Below are positions 48,513 through 59,777 of a DNA stretch of 64,000 nucleotides, one piece after another. The stretch spans positions 682,001-746,000 of the forward strand of contig CBFDEM010000053.1 of NCBI GenBank assembly GCA_965603825.1, given 5' to 3'. The notes beneath the pieces were generated by a model, which made no database searches, had not been told where the DNA came from, and worked only from the letters and a program-made list of their open reading frames with translations. The stretch is from Blepharisma stoltei ATCC 30299. Lineage: Eukaryota; Protista; Ciliophora. The position numbers and the translations under genes are program-made. Within the stretch, counting starts at the first letter, position 1, and the number at the start of each line of letters is the position of its first letter.

Positions 48513-49190
48513 ATGCTAGGCAGAATTCTAAAAATCCCTATAAGATGGGGATACACCTATCATCAGGGCAAAATTGCTGCTTTTGAAGGTAGAGACACTG
48601 AATGGTCTAGAAAAGATTTAAAAGAAGCCTCAGAGATCCATCAAGAAGTCCAGCAGGACCGCACACTGCAAAAACTCATGCATGCGTGGAAGCACCCTCT
48701 AAAGCTTAAGCAGGAATATAAAGCTAGAAGAGTTGAAAGGGAAAGTAAGATTCCTCCAATGCCTGAACAGGAGTCTAAGCTGGTTGTACACTCTCAAGTG
48801 CCCATAACTTCGGTAGCCACACCTCGAGATGACCAGATTTTCGCTGTAGTTAGACTTGCAGGGCTGCAGTACAAAGTGACCAAAAATGATTTAATTATTG
48901 CTGAAAAATTACCGTATGAGGTAGGACAACAATTCACGTTGGACTCTGTAATGCTTGTTGGAACTCCTAGCTACACATTGATTGGAAGGCCACTTGTAGA
49001 AAAAGCTCAAGTTTATATGACTGTCGAGGAACAAACTTTAAGCGAAAAACTCATTGTTTTCAAGAAAATCAGGAGGAAACATTATAAGAAGCAAAAAGGG
49101 CACAGGCAGGAATTAACGATTTTGAGGGTTGAAAAAATCGAGCATGAAGTTGAAGATAAGCAAGCTTCTCTTTTTATTCCAGTTAGCTAA
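48513..49190 (+). CDS. MRPL21: Mitochondrial ribosomal protein bL21m
   Basis: FAVVRLAGLQYKV, IGRP, VFKKIRRKHY...GHRQ. Confidence 0.93.
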   Translation: MLGRILKIPIRWGYTYHQGKIAAFEGRDTEWSRKDLKEASEIHQEVQQDRTLQKLMHAWKHPLKLKQEYKARRVERESKIPPMPEQESKLVVHSQVPITSVATPRDDQIFAVVRLAGLQYKVTKNDLIIAEKLPYEVGQQFTLDSVMLVGTPSYTLIGRPLVEKAQVYMTVEEQTLSEKLIVFKKIRRKHYKKQKGHRQELTILRVEKIEHEVEDKQASLFIPVS

Positions 49191-49346
49191 ATATTTGAGA
49201 ATAAAAGTATTAGATAAGAAAATTATAATAAAAATATAGGAAAATAATAGAAATTTAATTATAAGAGATAAATAAATAAAGCTTCCCCTTAAATTTATTA
49301 TTAAATCTACGTATTTTTCACATACTTTATAACTTTCTTCTTAATA

Positions 49347-49994
49347 ATGAGCTCGTTACAAAGATCGATCCATAAAACACACAAAAAAGAAAGGCCAGAA
49401 TTCCTAAAAACCTATAAGGCATACTCTGCCTCGTTTAAAGAATTGGAAGAAAAACATAAAGAAAAGAAAAGAAAATCTGAAAAGAAAGTGAAATGCCAAT
49501 TGATGATTGTAGATGAAAACGGTAACAAACGTCCAACAACTATATCTGAGCTAGCATCATTTGAAGAAGATTATCCTGATATATCTAGATATTGAAGAGA
49601 CCCTGAAGCTTCGTCAGAGTTAGATACTTATGATCAAGATGTATTAGATGGCTTAAAGCCTTGGGAAAAGCCAGGAAGAAAGCTTTTAAATGCACTTTGG
49701 AGGCATAAGCATGCTTGGATTTTCTACGAGCCTGTTGACTGTGTTAAGCTGAGAATCCCAGACTACTACGATGTAATCAAGCATCCTATGGACTTCGGGA
49801 CAATCAAGAAAAAACTCAACAATAATGTATATGAATCAGGTGAGGAGTTAATTGCAGACCTCGACTTGGTATTCGAAAACTGCCGGATTTACAACCAGCC
49901 TGATTCAGATGTCTTTTTAATGTGCACTCAAGTTGAAAACGTGTATAAGCATCAATTGAAGATTTTAGGGTTGGATAAGCTTTATCTTAAATAA
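49347..49994 (+). CDS. Bromodomain protein (~215 aa)
   Basis: Joined via UGA at 49593; AWIFYEPVD..IPDYYDVIKHPMDFGTIKKKL..FENCRIYN. Confidence 0.92.
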
Positions 49995-50037
49995 ATCAGC
50001 TTGATTAAAATAACTATATTTTATTAATAAATTTCCA

Positions 50038-50658
50038 TTAAAAATTATTGTCTTTGCTTTCTTCGTTTTCTGTTGACTTTGTTTCTTCGATCTTTTTTTT
50101 ACGTTCTTGCATTTTTAAGAATTGATCAACAGCAGATTTTACAGTAAAACAAGGGATTAGTTGGTCTTTTGCTAGGTGTTGTCCTGTTAATGGGCAAGTG
50201 TCATGTTTTTCAAGCCACATTTCTATATGTTTCTTTTGGTAGCAATGCCCGTAAGGAGTCATGACGGGGTCTGTCATCAGTTCATTAGAAATTGGGCATA
50301 AAAGCGCGTCCATGTCATCTTCACCCTCTACAGCTAGATGCTCATCTAATGGAGCAACAGTTTTATTTTCTTCTGTGACTTGTGGATTTACTAATAATTT
50401 AGCCAAATCCTCAAGATCTTTCTGATTTTTTTTGCGCTTATTGTTTTTTCTTCAATGAATATTATACTTTAAAGCTTCTTTAACCCCAAAGCAAGAATCT
50501 CGAAATCTTTCTTGTCTGTTTTTTATTGAGTCATTTCAGTTAGTCACTGCATTTTGAAAATCCTGTTTACCTTTATCAATAGCCTCCCTAGCCTGATTCG
50601 AAATTCTATCAAGTCATCTTCCAAATTTACTTTTTGGCTTATGATTCCAAATGCTCAT
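50038..50658 (-). CDS. U-box E3 ligase-like protein (~206 aa)
   Basis: LLCPISNELMTDPV.TPYGHCY..IEMWL...TCPLT; N-terminal extension through three UGA to ATG at 50658. Confidence 0.88.
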
Positions 50659-50753
50659 CTATACTAATTTATATTATCAGTTCATATTAGCTGCATTTTC
50701 TAGGAGAAAAATATTTATTATCTTAATTTTTAAATTTATATTATCATATATCA

Positions 50754-51845
50754 TTATTTTTCAGTTTTTTTTACAAATCTCAATACCAGTAAGCCAAGTC
50801 CTGCAAATGGCAAACACAGATTTATTAACAAGTACCCAGAAACCCCTAAAGCTATAAATACAGGGGTCAAGACAATGCATTTCAAAAATATCAGAGAATT
50901 TACTATTTGTTTATATCTCTTATAAACCTCCATTCTTTTAATCAGACTATTAAATACTAGGATTCCCCACAAGCAGCCTCCTATAAGTATCGTTAAAACT
51001 GTTATAACAGGAGATAGCAGTAATAATATTGGGTAATACAGAGCTTTAAAATATTGTATATGCTCAGCAAATTGGCTTGTTTCGTTTAATCCTCAGTCTT
51101 CAAAAAAATAAATAACTAGTAATCCCAGCTGAAAAGGGAATAAAATCCACATAGCGATCAATAGAAAAATAAATGTTCATGAAGAATTAAAATAGCTTCC
51201 ACCTATCATACATTGAAAAGTCTTATGGTCTGCATTAATCAATTTTCCGCATTTTATGCAAAATCTTGTTCCACATGTGCACGTCACACTTGGGCAGCCT
51301 GATGATTTTTCCACATAATTCCTGCAATTAGGGCAAGGCTTTATTCCTCTTTTTTTAGTATACTTATGTAAAACATTATCCACCTTGCAAGATTGGCCTT
51401 GGTGCCATTCATTGTGGCATTTTCCGCAGAATTTTGACCCACAGGTGTTGCAGGTTAAATGGGAATTTTCTTCAGTTATAAGATCATAGCCTTGGCAGTT
51501 TGGCTTGGGGCACCATCGAAGATTAGGTTGCTTTTGCAAATAGTTTTTATTTCGGAAAGAATAGAACTTTTCTAAGGATACTGGGTCTAGAAATAGATCT
51601 GCTAGGCCTGGCTGGTCGTGGACTTCACATGTATAGTCTGGGCAACTGAGAGGATAAAGCTTTCCTTCTTGGACTTTGGAGCATATATAATTTTGTAGGC
51701 ATGAATTGCAAAACTCATGCTTACAATTTGGCATCTTTGTAGACTCAGCCATTGGCTTTATTTCGTAACAGATTAAGCATTGGCTAGAGTTTGTTATTAG
51801 AATTTCAGGAATTTCATCAATAATATCAGAATGGTTGGGCTCCAT
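50754..51845 (-). CDS. RBR (RING1-IBR-RING2) E3 ligase with C-terminal TM segments (~363 aa)
   Basis: CLIC..CKHEFCNSC, WCPKPNC IBR, CPNC..EKSSGC RING2; two UGA lead into hydrophobic segments. Confidence 0.88.
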
Positions 51846-52010
51846 TTTATAAGTTATGTTGTTAGTTTAGCTTAAATTACTTATTTATAAAATTAAGTGT
51901 TGATTTTCCAAGTTGCATCATTTATTTGAAAAATATTATAAATAGCTATTTCATTCATATTATTCTTAAATAAAATTTACAAAAATCATTCCACATAAAA
52001 AGAAATTTAA

Positions 52011-52820
52011 TTAAGCACTCAATTTTTCCTCTTCACTTACGTTTTTCTTGTTAATAAGTTCTCCCCACACAGCCTTTTTGGTTTCGAAATCTCTTTTCCT
52101 CATCCCAACTGGTATTAAATTTCTAATTTGTTCAGTCACTTGTATAATTTTACTTTCCATGAATCCAACAATTTCTCTTCTCAGCTGTGCCTCAACATTT
52201 TCAATAGCTTTTATCATATAAGTTAGCTCAATTTTGCTATCATCAGCCCTTTGTACAACTTCTTCAACCTGTTTATCTTGGCTTGCAGAAAAATCAAACC
52301 CTTCAGAATTTATTGTAACCAAAAGCCTTGTATTGATTTTAAACACTGTTTTGTGGTGTCCTTCATAAACCACTTCAATCACATGGGCGATATCCCATTC
52401 TCCTTCGTCTGTTTGTTTTTTTATTAAAAAGCAGACTTCATAGCTCCTATCTGATGTCTCTTTTGTAAAAGCTGATGAAATCCCTTCACTATAGTAGCAC
52501 ATTTGATATTCTTCTAATACAGTGTTTGCTCTTATTTCTATGTCTCTTAAGGATTTTGATAAATTGCAAGCTTTATCAAGCTCAGGGACATAAGTATTAC
52601 TATACGGAGACCTATAAGAAAGCCCAAATTGATTAAATTCGCAGCCTAAGAACGGCTTCAGCGTTTCAGGACATGTAAGAATTTTCAATGGGAGCAAAAT
52701 TCGCTTGTCAAGTTCTTCTATTTGTTCAGCTGAAAAAAATGACTGAAAATCTGTCTGTATCTCAGGAGAAATTTTGACTCGTTTTATAAGATCATACGCA
52801 GAGGCAAGCTTGTCAACCAT
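52011..52820 (-). CDS. CAPZB: F-actin capping protein beta subunit (divergent)
   Basis: FLGCEFN..SYRSPYSNTYVP, LRDIEIRAN, YYSEGISS, CFLIKK, WDIAHVIEV. Confidence 0.85.
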   Translation of the reverse strand: MVDKLASAYDLIKRVKISPEIQTDFQSFFSAEQIEELDKRILLPLKILTCPETLKPFLGCEFNQFGLSYRSPYSNTYVPELDKACNLSKSLRDIEIRANTVLEEYQMCYYSEGISSAFTKETSDRSYEVCFLIKKQTDEGEWDIAHVIEVVYEGHHKTVFKINTRLLVTINSEGFDFSASQDKQVEEVVQRADDSKIELTYMIKAIENVEAQLRREIVGFMESKIIQVTEQIRNLIPVGMRKRDFETKKAVWGELINKKNVSEEEKLSA

Positions 52821-52885
52821 AGAGCCTAACTTAATTAAATATGTATTATATAAATTATCTAATCAATAAAGGTTAGGAATATCAA

Positions 52886-54595
52886 TTATGGCTTAGTCAA
52901 ATTGTTGGAATCAGACGCTAACAAGTGCTGAGAGTTTTCGCCAGTTTTTAAAGCCATTTTAAATTTCAAGCCACTTGTATCTTTTGTGCTGCCAATCCCA
53001 GTGGAATGGTACTCAGCACTTATTTGTTTTCTGATAGGAGTAGGAATTTTCATGCCAGAGGCTGGGGATGTCATGTCGCTTGGTGAAAAACTACCTGTGA
53101 ACTCTTTTTCGTTGGTGTTTATTTGTAAATTTTTATTTGATGGGATTTTTTTTACGGAGTCAGGCTTGTAGCCAGGCGAGCAGCCTTCAATCATCTCGTT
53201 TTCGTTAAATAGAAAAGCGCCGCCTTGACTGCAGTTTTCAGCATTGATAAGGTCTTCTAGCTGCACATGGCGAGTGTTTTTTCAGGATTCATTTAAAATT
53301 CGTTGTAAGCTATTATCGTTTAGTCCTTTACTTTGGGCACGAGAGCTGCTTTGGTTTTCTGGGGATAGCATGGTGTGGGCTAAGTCTTGATCGATGTTAA
53401 AAATTAAGCCACTTTTAGGGGTTGTACATGAAAATTCATTGCTTGCCTCCCCAGCTGTATGAAAAATCATTACTCTTCTATTTGAACTTGATACATGCTT
53501 TGGGGTTGGAGGTTTTCCGCTTGGATTTTTATTATTTTTTGATCTAGAACTCAGCAGCTTTTTTTTACTTTCAAGCTCAATAATTTGGTAAAGTAGCTCA
53601 AGCTTTTCAGGGTGCTGGGTATCCTTTAATAAATCTGAAATTTTGGTTAATATACTTTGGGATTTTTGATTAAATAAATTCGCCTTTTTTAATACATCAA
53701 TCGCGTATTTAATATCTTCTGGGCTGACTTCATATCTACTGTCTTCACTTCCATTCCAATTGCTAGAATTTCTCATTGAAACTTCTACTGAATTTTCAGC
53801 ATTTTCTTGCTTTTTTGCAATTTCTTCAATAATTTGATCGAAAATGCTTTCTTCAGATGCGTTTTGAGAATGCAGCGGAGGAAGGATCTTTTTTTTTTGA
53901 AATTTTGGTCTTGATGAGCTGGATCGATGTGAAAAATCGCCTTTATTTTCTCCAATTGAAAAAGCACTCCTATTAGAAATAATGTCTTCGTCGCCTCGGT
54001 TAGAAGATATTGACCTAGCTGAGCTCTTTGTAGGCGACCGCTTGGAAACTATTTTTAAGTTTAGGTTCGGGACTGGATGATTTTCTTGATTTATCGTAAA
54101 ATCAAGCTCTTTTTCTAATTTCTGGATTTTTTGTTTGATTTTCTTTCGAAGCTCTTTTTTTCTATTGTTATCAAATTCAGTCCACCTTTCCAAATCGTCA
54201 ATATTTTTCATTCACATTTTGTGAACCTTTTGTAGCGTGCTGCTTAATTCATTTTCTGAATTCAAAAGGCTGATTTCTTTCGTTCTCACCTGCTCATTTA
54301 GAGTACGGACTCGTCTAAACTGACTTTTCAATATTTTTTGCCGCTTAGATGCAAAGCTGTAATTATAATGGTGGTGAACAATTGTTTTATTCATTTCTCT
54401 ACAAAATCCTTCCCAATTTTCTTGCAAAATATCGAATTTTTCATAAATTTCTTTCAGGATCACTGAAGCTGGAGACTGGCTAAGTTCGCTGATTAAGTCG
54501 CTTAATTCTGAGCTAAAATCAAGATTTTGACTGTTTAAGAGTTCCAGCTTGTCAATAACTGCAGTAGTTAAATGCTTGTTGGCAGAATTTTCCAT
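52886..54595 (-). CDS. Hypothetical coiled-coil / Ser-rich protein (~569 aa)
   Basis: Three track ORFs joined in frame by UGA at 54212 and 53282; likely start MENSANK. Confidence 0.72.
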
Positions 54596-54639
54596 ATCAA
54601 TATATGTTACTATTACATTTAATTTTAGCAGATCCATAT

Positions 54640-55992
54640 TTAACTAAATTGTGCTCGCTTATAAATCAGCCTTTGATAGATTTTTGGTGGAGGGGAAGTT
54701 TTTGCTTCCATAAGACCATTGAAAACTAAGATTTCTTTTAGGAAAAAGACCATTAAGCTAGCTAAAGGACTTTGTGAGAAAAATTGAGGGTTAATCATAT
54801 TTTGGTGGCCTGAAATGAGGATTTCAATGCTGTCTAAATTTTCATTTGAAAAATTGAATCGTGAGATCAAGTCTGAGATTGCTTGCTTGTGAGTAGATTT
54901 AGCCCGAAGGATCTGAAACAGAACTTTGCATATTTCCCAAGCTTCTTCTGGGTTTTCTGGTAAGGTTTGTCCTAAAAACTGGAAAAAGACTCGGAATATT
55001 CAAATTATATCATTTTCAGGTATTATATCAAGATAAAATTTTTCATCCGGCAGCGTTGTAATTACATTTAATACACTTTTTACGCCAATTGACGGGGCAT
55101 ATTCAATTTGTGAATTTAGATCCTCAATTTTATGAGCTGATAGCAGTTCATCTATTTTCGAGTTTAATTCATGAAGTGAATAAGTCATAAGCAATGGATT
55201 AATGCCTTTTTCGTTTGAAACTGGTTTTTCTTTCTGAATTTCTTCAATTTCAGGCTCTTTTTCTATTATTTTTTCTTCCTCTATTTTATTCCCACTGTCT
55301 TCTTCACTTGTAGCTTGCTTGACATTTTCGATCTCTTCATTTAGATTTTTTTCGCTTTTTGTCTTTGGCAGCATTTTCTTACTTTTTTCCTTTTTCTTCT
55401 CCTCTGCCAATTTTTCCTTTAATGCTTCTACTTTTTTTGCATTTTCTATTTTTTTCTTAGCTTCTTCTTCCTCAAATTTTACTCGATATTCGTTGAATTT
55501 TTTAATTTTTTCTTCTTCTGCCTTTTTTTTCCTTTCAATTTCTTCTTGTTTTTTCCTTTCTTTTTCAATTTCTAGCCTTCTCTTAATTTCTTCTTTTTTC
55601 TTTGTGTCTTCAAGTCTTTTTTTAATCTCATCTTCTTTCATCTTGGCTATCATCATTTTTTTCTTTTCTTCGTCTTCTCCTTTCTTTTTTTTAATATCTT
55701 CAACTCTTTTTTTCTTGCTTTCTATCGTTTTCTTTACAACTTCTTCATAAATTTCTAATTTTTCTGGACTTATGAGTGGGGTTTTTATTGGCGTATTAAA
55801 AGAATTAACATTGGTGCATGTGTTTTCATTGTTTGGGTCTATCGTTATCTGGCTGAAAGATATAGGCAGGCTTTCTAATTTCGATATTAGGCTTTCTAAT
55901 AATTGCCTTTGTGTTTGTATTATCCTATAAAGGACTTGTAGCTTGGTATCAACTATTTCATCAATTAATTTTTGAACTTGACCCAAATCCAT
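54640..55992 (-). CDS. K/E-rich coiled-coil protein with C-terminal helical domain (~450 aa)
   Basis: Joined via UGA at 55000. The C-terminal W..FF..AWE.CK..FNFSNEN..NPQFFS pattern loosely resembles the dynein microtubule-binding domain. Confidence 0.7.
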
Positions 55993-56021
55993 TATAACTT
56001 AAATTTTATTAAGCGATTTAT

Positions 56022-56252
56022 TTATGTTTGCTTTGATAAACTCAGATTATTCAAGGCTAGCACAATTCTGTCATTATAAAGAGTAATTTTCTTATAGCAA
56101 TTGTATAAACATGTTTCTTCTGGTGGCACCAATTTCTTACTAGCCATAGATCTTACACATTCTTTAAAGCAGCTAGCTACAATTTCGTTATAATGCTTCA
56201 TTTCTTGGTACATAAGCATCTTTTGCATGTCCTCCTCTGAGTAGCTTTGCAT
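56022..56252 (-). CDS. TIM9: Small Tim chaperone (twin CX3C), Tim9-like
   Basis: YNEIVASCFKECV...EETCLYNCYKK. Confidence 0.82.
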   Translation of the reverse strand: MQSYSEEDMQKMLMYQEMKHYNEIVASCFKECVRSMASKKLVPPEETCLYNCYKKITLYNDRIVLALNNLSLSKQT

Positions 56253-56273
56253 CTTTATAATTTACACATAAAA

Positions 56274-56993
56274 ATGATGTTTAGGAATATTTTACGATTT
56301 TATCATAAAAACACTCCAAAAAGCCAGCACTTGTATGATGACCCAGCGCCAAAGGTTTTTCAATTAATTTGCCAACTTTTTGGACAAGAAAGAAGGCCTC
56401 CTGCACACATTTTAGCATTTGAAGCTTTGGAACATATGAATAGTGATTATATGAAGCAAAGTAATAATAAATTAGCGTTTCCATCAATGACATCTGAATA
56501 TAGCATACACAAAAATATCACTTTAATGCATTTTTCGATGATTGTGCAGAGATTTGAATATGAAGAAACAAGAGAATCAATCAATGAGGCAGCGAAATTT
56601 TATTTATTGTGTGAAAAATATATATTTGAAAGATATTTGGATTTAGTTGAAAATTTAATTGACGTCCCAGTCGCTGAATTTGAAGCAGAACTAGTTGAAA
56701 TGCTCGTAAAAGATTTCGAGTCAATTGACAGAAGCATTGCATGCTATGGCTACAAAAAACCTTTTATTGTTTTAGAAGAAATTCCTGGCTATAATATTCA
56801 AGGAGTTATCATAAAGTAGCAATTATTTAGCGAAATCTTTGAAAATCGCATCAAAAAAAATGATTCACAAGTAAGCAAGCTTTATGAATATTTTGAGGAG
56901 CACGTAAGAAATAAATAGAAAAAATACCTAGAGTCGTTAACCTATCATCAGTTTATTAATGAAAAAATAAATTGGGGTTTATTTAAAGATTAA
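56274..56993 (+). CDS. Cbp3/UQCC1-like complex III assembly chaperone (~229 aa)
   Basis: Presequence-like start; ITLMHFSMIVQRF; after two 15-nt introns LYEYFEEHKKYLESL..INWG. Confidence 0.65.
56816..56830 (+). other. 15-nt intron
   Basis: gtagcaattatttag; in-frame TAG. Confidence 0.82.
56904..56918 (+). other. 15-nt intron
   Basis: gtaagaaataaatag; in-frame TAG. Confidence 0.82.
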
Positions 56994-57041
56994 TTTACTT
57001 ATAATTATCACTTTATTGAAAAAATAGTGAGCAATTTTAAT

Positions 57042-58244
57042 ATGGAAAATAGGAGACTGCTCAGAAGTTATCCAGAAAATCTTTATAAAAATTCACAAAC
57101 TAATGGCCCTGAAGCTAAAAACTACGAAATTTCTTCAATTCTTGGTACCACTTTTGAACTAGATCGCCGATATGTAATACTTAATGTAATCGGCTCTGGT
57201 GCATATGGAACTGTAGTGTCTGCTACAGATTCACAGAACGGCCAAAATGCTGCTGTAAAAAGAATGGAAAAATCATTCGAAAATGTATTAATGGCTAAAC
57301 GGGCCTTAAGAGAACTGATAACGTTGAGAATTCTAAATCATGAAAATATTATTAGAATAAAAACAATCCAGCTCCCTTTTTCACGAAATGATGTGGAAGA
57401 GATTTACATTGTTAGCGAACTAATGGAAGCTGATTTAAGTACAGTAATAAAATCAAGACAAACACTAACAGATGACCAATGCCAATTTTTTTTATATCAA
57501 TTATTAAGAGGCTTAAAATACATGCACAGTGCTAATATTCTTCATCGAGATTTAAAACCAAGGAATATATTAGTCAATCGGAACTGTGATCTAAAAATAT
57601 GCGATTTTGGCTTGGCTAGATTTGTAAATAATAATAGAAATGCTTTGAATTTAAGGACTATGAGTGATTATGTGGCAACAAGATGGTATAGAGCTCCAGA
57701 ATTGTTATTATCAACCCATACATATACAGCAGCTATGGATGTATGATCAGTCGGATGCATTTTTGGAGAATTATTATTAAGAAAGCCTATTTTTCCAGGA
57801 AGTGATGCCACTAATCAGCTTGAGCTTATTATAAATGCCTTAGGCTCCCCTTCTCCAGAAGAAATTGAATCTATTCCTCACATAGAATCCCGAGAAACCT
57901 TAAAGCGCATGCACAAGCGCACCAAAAAACCTTTAACCATGATAATTCCTAACGCAAATCCTCAGGCCTTAGACTTGCTTGAAAAACTATTAGCTTTTTC
58001 TCCATCAAAACGCATATCAATTTCTGAAGCCTTATCTCATCCTTATTTATCCTCATTTCATTGCCCAGAAGATGAGCCAATTTGCACAGAAGATTTCCGA
58101 TATGAGTTTCGCTTTGAAGATGAAAATTTAGACATAGAAGACCTCAAAGATTTATTGTATGAAGAAATCCTGCTCTATCATTTTCCTGGAAAAGTCGAGG
58201 AATATAATAAAGCCAAGGCAGAATTTCTGTTAAAAATTAATTAA
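57042..58244 (+). CDS. ERK-like MAP kinase paralogue with SDY activation loop (~400 aa)
   Basis: [38 protein letters not shown](UGA 57744)-SVGC. Confidence 0.93.
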
Positions 58245-58343
58245 AATAATTATTTTTTGTAAAAATAAAATTTCCAGAAAATTAGTATTTCTAAAATTTG
58301 TGAGTATTAAATATTCCTTTATCGCTATCAAAACTGATATAAA

Positions 58344-59240
58344 ATGGAGCCAGATATCATTAAATCAGAATTTTCACTGCCTCAATGCGCCTTTATCGAC
58401 ATTCAAATTACGTTTGGGAATTCCCTTCTGACAGAAACGGAGCTTGTCAAAAACATAACAGATCCTCACCTTCTGTTTAACTGTGCTGGTGAAATGCTAT
58501 TAGCTCCACTGATAAGCCATTTAAAAATGCTTGGATACCCAATAGACTCTGCAATGGTTTGGTATTATTCCCCTACCGCAAACGTAAAAGTTTACTGTGG
58601 GAACGACCCATTGCCTTTCACAATAGCAATACCATTATTCGAGATAAAAGAAAATAGATTGATCATTGTCTGTCAGGAACCTATAAGAAATAAATTCGGG
58701 ACCGTTATATCCTTAGGGTCAAACCCAAGCCAAAAATCAAGGCCTGAGGAAGAGACTGCTTCTAATGATAAATCGTCCAGAAGGACGAAAGAAAGGAAAA
58801 TTGGGTATATCATCGAAAAAGTCAGCAAGTGGCGAAAACTGTATAATGGCTCATCTGGGGCAGCTCCTACAGATGATCAAAGCAAAATGACGCTGGAAGA
58901 AGCTGCAAATAAAGTAGCGATTTCAAAAAAATCGCTAGACGATTATTTATTACAGCTAAGGTTTGGAAGAAAGTTTGGATTCAATTTTCAGGAGCATAAA
59001 GATGATAAAGTTGGGGTTTTAAGGGCTTATGTAAAAAAATTCAAAAGCCTGCATCCTTATGCGAAAAAAATTGAGAATGGGGAAGAAGTGCCGCCAGATG
59101 TGATACAAAAGTTGCAGGAACCAGGGACACCTGCGTGTAAGCATAATAGATGTTGTGCGCCAACTTATGCTTTGCCGTTTAAAAATAAAGAAAGCCAACA
59201 AAATAAGACACCTATGTATCCAAATTATCAAAACTTTTAG
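58344..59240 (+). CDS. Ciliate-type protein with putative helix-turn-helix DNA-binding domain
   Basis: KERKIG..V.KWRKLY...TLEEAANKVAISKKSLDDY pattern is HTH-like. Confidence 0.7.
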   Translation: MEPDIIKSEFSLPQCAFIDIQITFGNSLLTETELVKNITDPHLLFNCAGEMLLAPLISHLKMLGYPIDSAMVWYYSPTANVKVYCGNDPLPFTIAIPLFEIKENRLIIVCQEPIRNKFGTVISLGSNPSQKSRPEEETASNDKSSRRTKERKIGYIIEKVSKWRKLYNGSSGAAPTDDQSKMTLEEAANKVAISKKSLDDYLLQLRFGRKFGFNFQEHKDDKVGVLRAYVKKFKSLHPYAKKIENGEEVPPDVIQKLQEPGTPACKHNRCCAPTYALPFKNKESQQNKTPMYPNYQNF

Positions 59241-59428
59241 GATAATAAATATATTCTATATTTGACTAGTTTTAAAAGTTTTTTTGTGATATTTAATTAT
59301 ATTTTTTTAATTTTTCAAAGATTTTTAATGTTTGCAATGCCCTTATCTTATTTTCTCTTGTATTTTTTAATATTTTTCTTACTAAACACAAAAAATTTCT
59401 AAAAGATTTATCGATAAAAGATTTTAGC

Positions 59429-59689
59429 TTATGAACCAGATTCCAGACCCGTGGTTTTGGGGAGAATTGCTGTATCTTCATCTTCTTCTAGTTCTTTGAG
59501 GCTTTCAGAAATTCCCAGGACCTCAAATGGAATAACACTTCCCGGTCTTTTTATTAGAAAACTTCTAGTCACTAAAGGTGTCAATGAAGGGACTAATCTT
59601 AATCCACTTTGTCTATTTAAATTTATCATTGGCACTTTGCTGATCGCCATGGCTCTTGAGAATTGTTTTGCGTAGGCAAATAGCCTCAT
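59429..59689 (-). CDS. Small hypothetical protein with mitochondrial presequence-like N-terminus (86 aa)
   Basis: R/S/L-rich, acid-free N-terminal half; ATG in AT-rich context. Confidence 0.55.
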   Translation of the reverse strand: MRLFAYAKQFSRAMAISKVPMINLNRQSGLRLVPSLTPLVTRSFLIKRPGSVIPFEVLGISESLKELEEDEDTAILPKTTGLESGS

Positions 59690-59777
59690 ATTTTATTATA
59701 ATTATAGAGAATAAAAAGATTTGTATTTCTTGGCGAACAAGGTAAAAGCAATACAAGTTTAAATTAATACTTTATTA

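Noticed and set aside
54596-54637. Track start MDLLK at 54637, and other GTG/TTG starts in the track
   Set aside because: It lies only 2 nt from the upstream gene's stop; downstream ATGs in AT-rich context are more plausible.
308-58244. In-frame UGA as selenocysteine or as evidence of many pseudogenes
   Set aside because: UGA is too frequent and aligns with conserved Trp rather than Cys.
308-59689. UAA/UAG = Gln ciliate code or fully ambiguous code
   Set aside because: No internal UAA/UAG remain in intact genes once tiny introns are removed.
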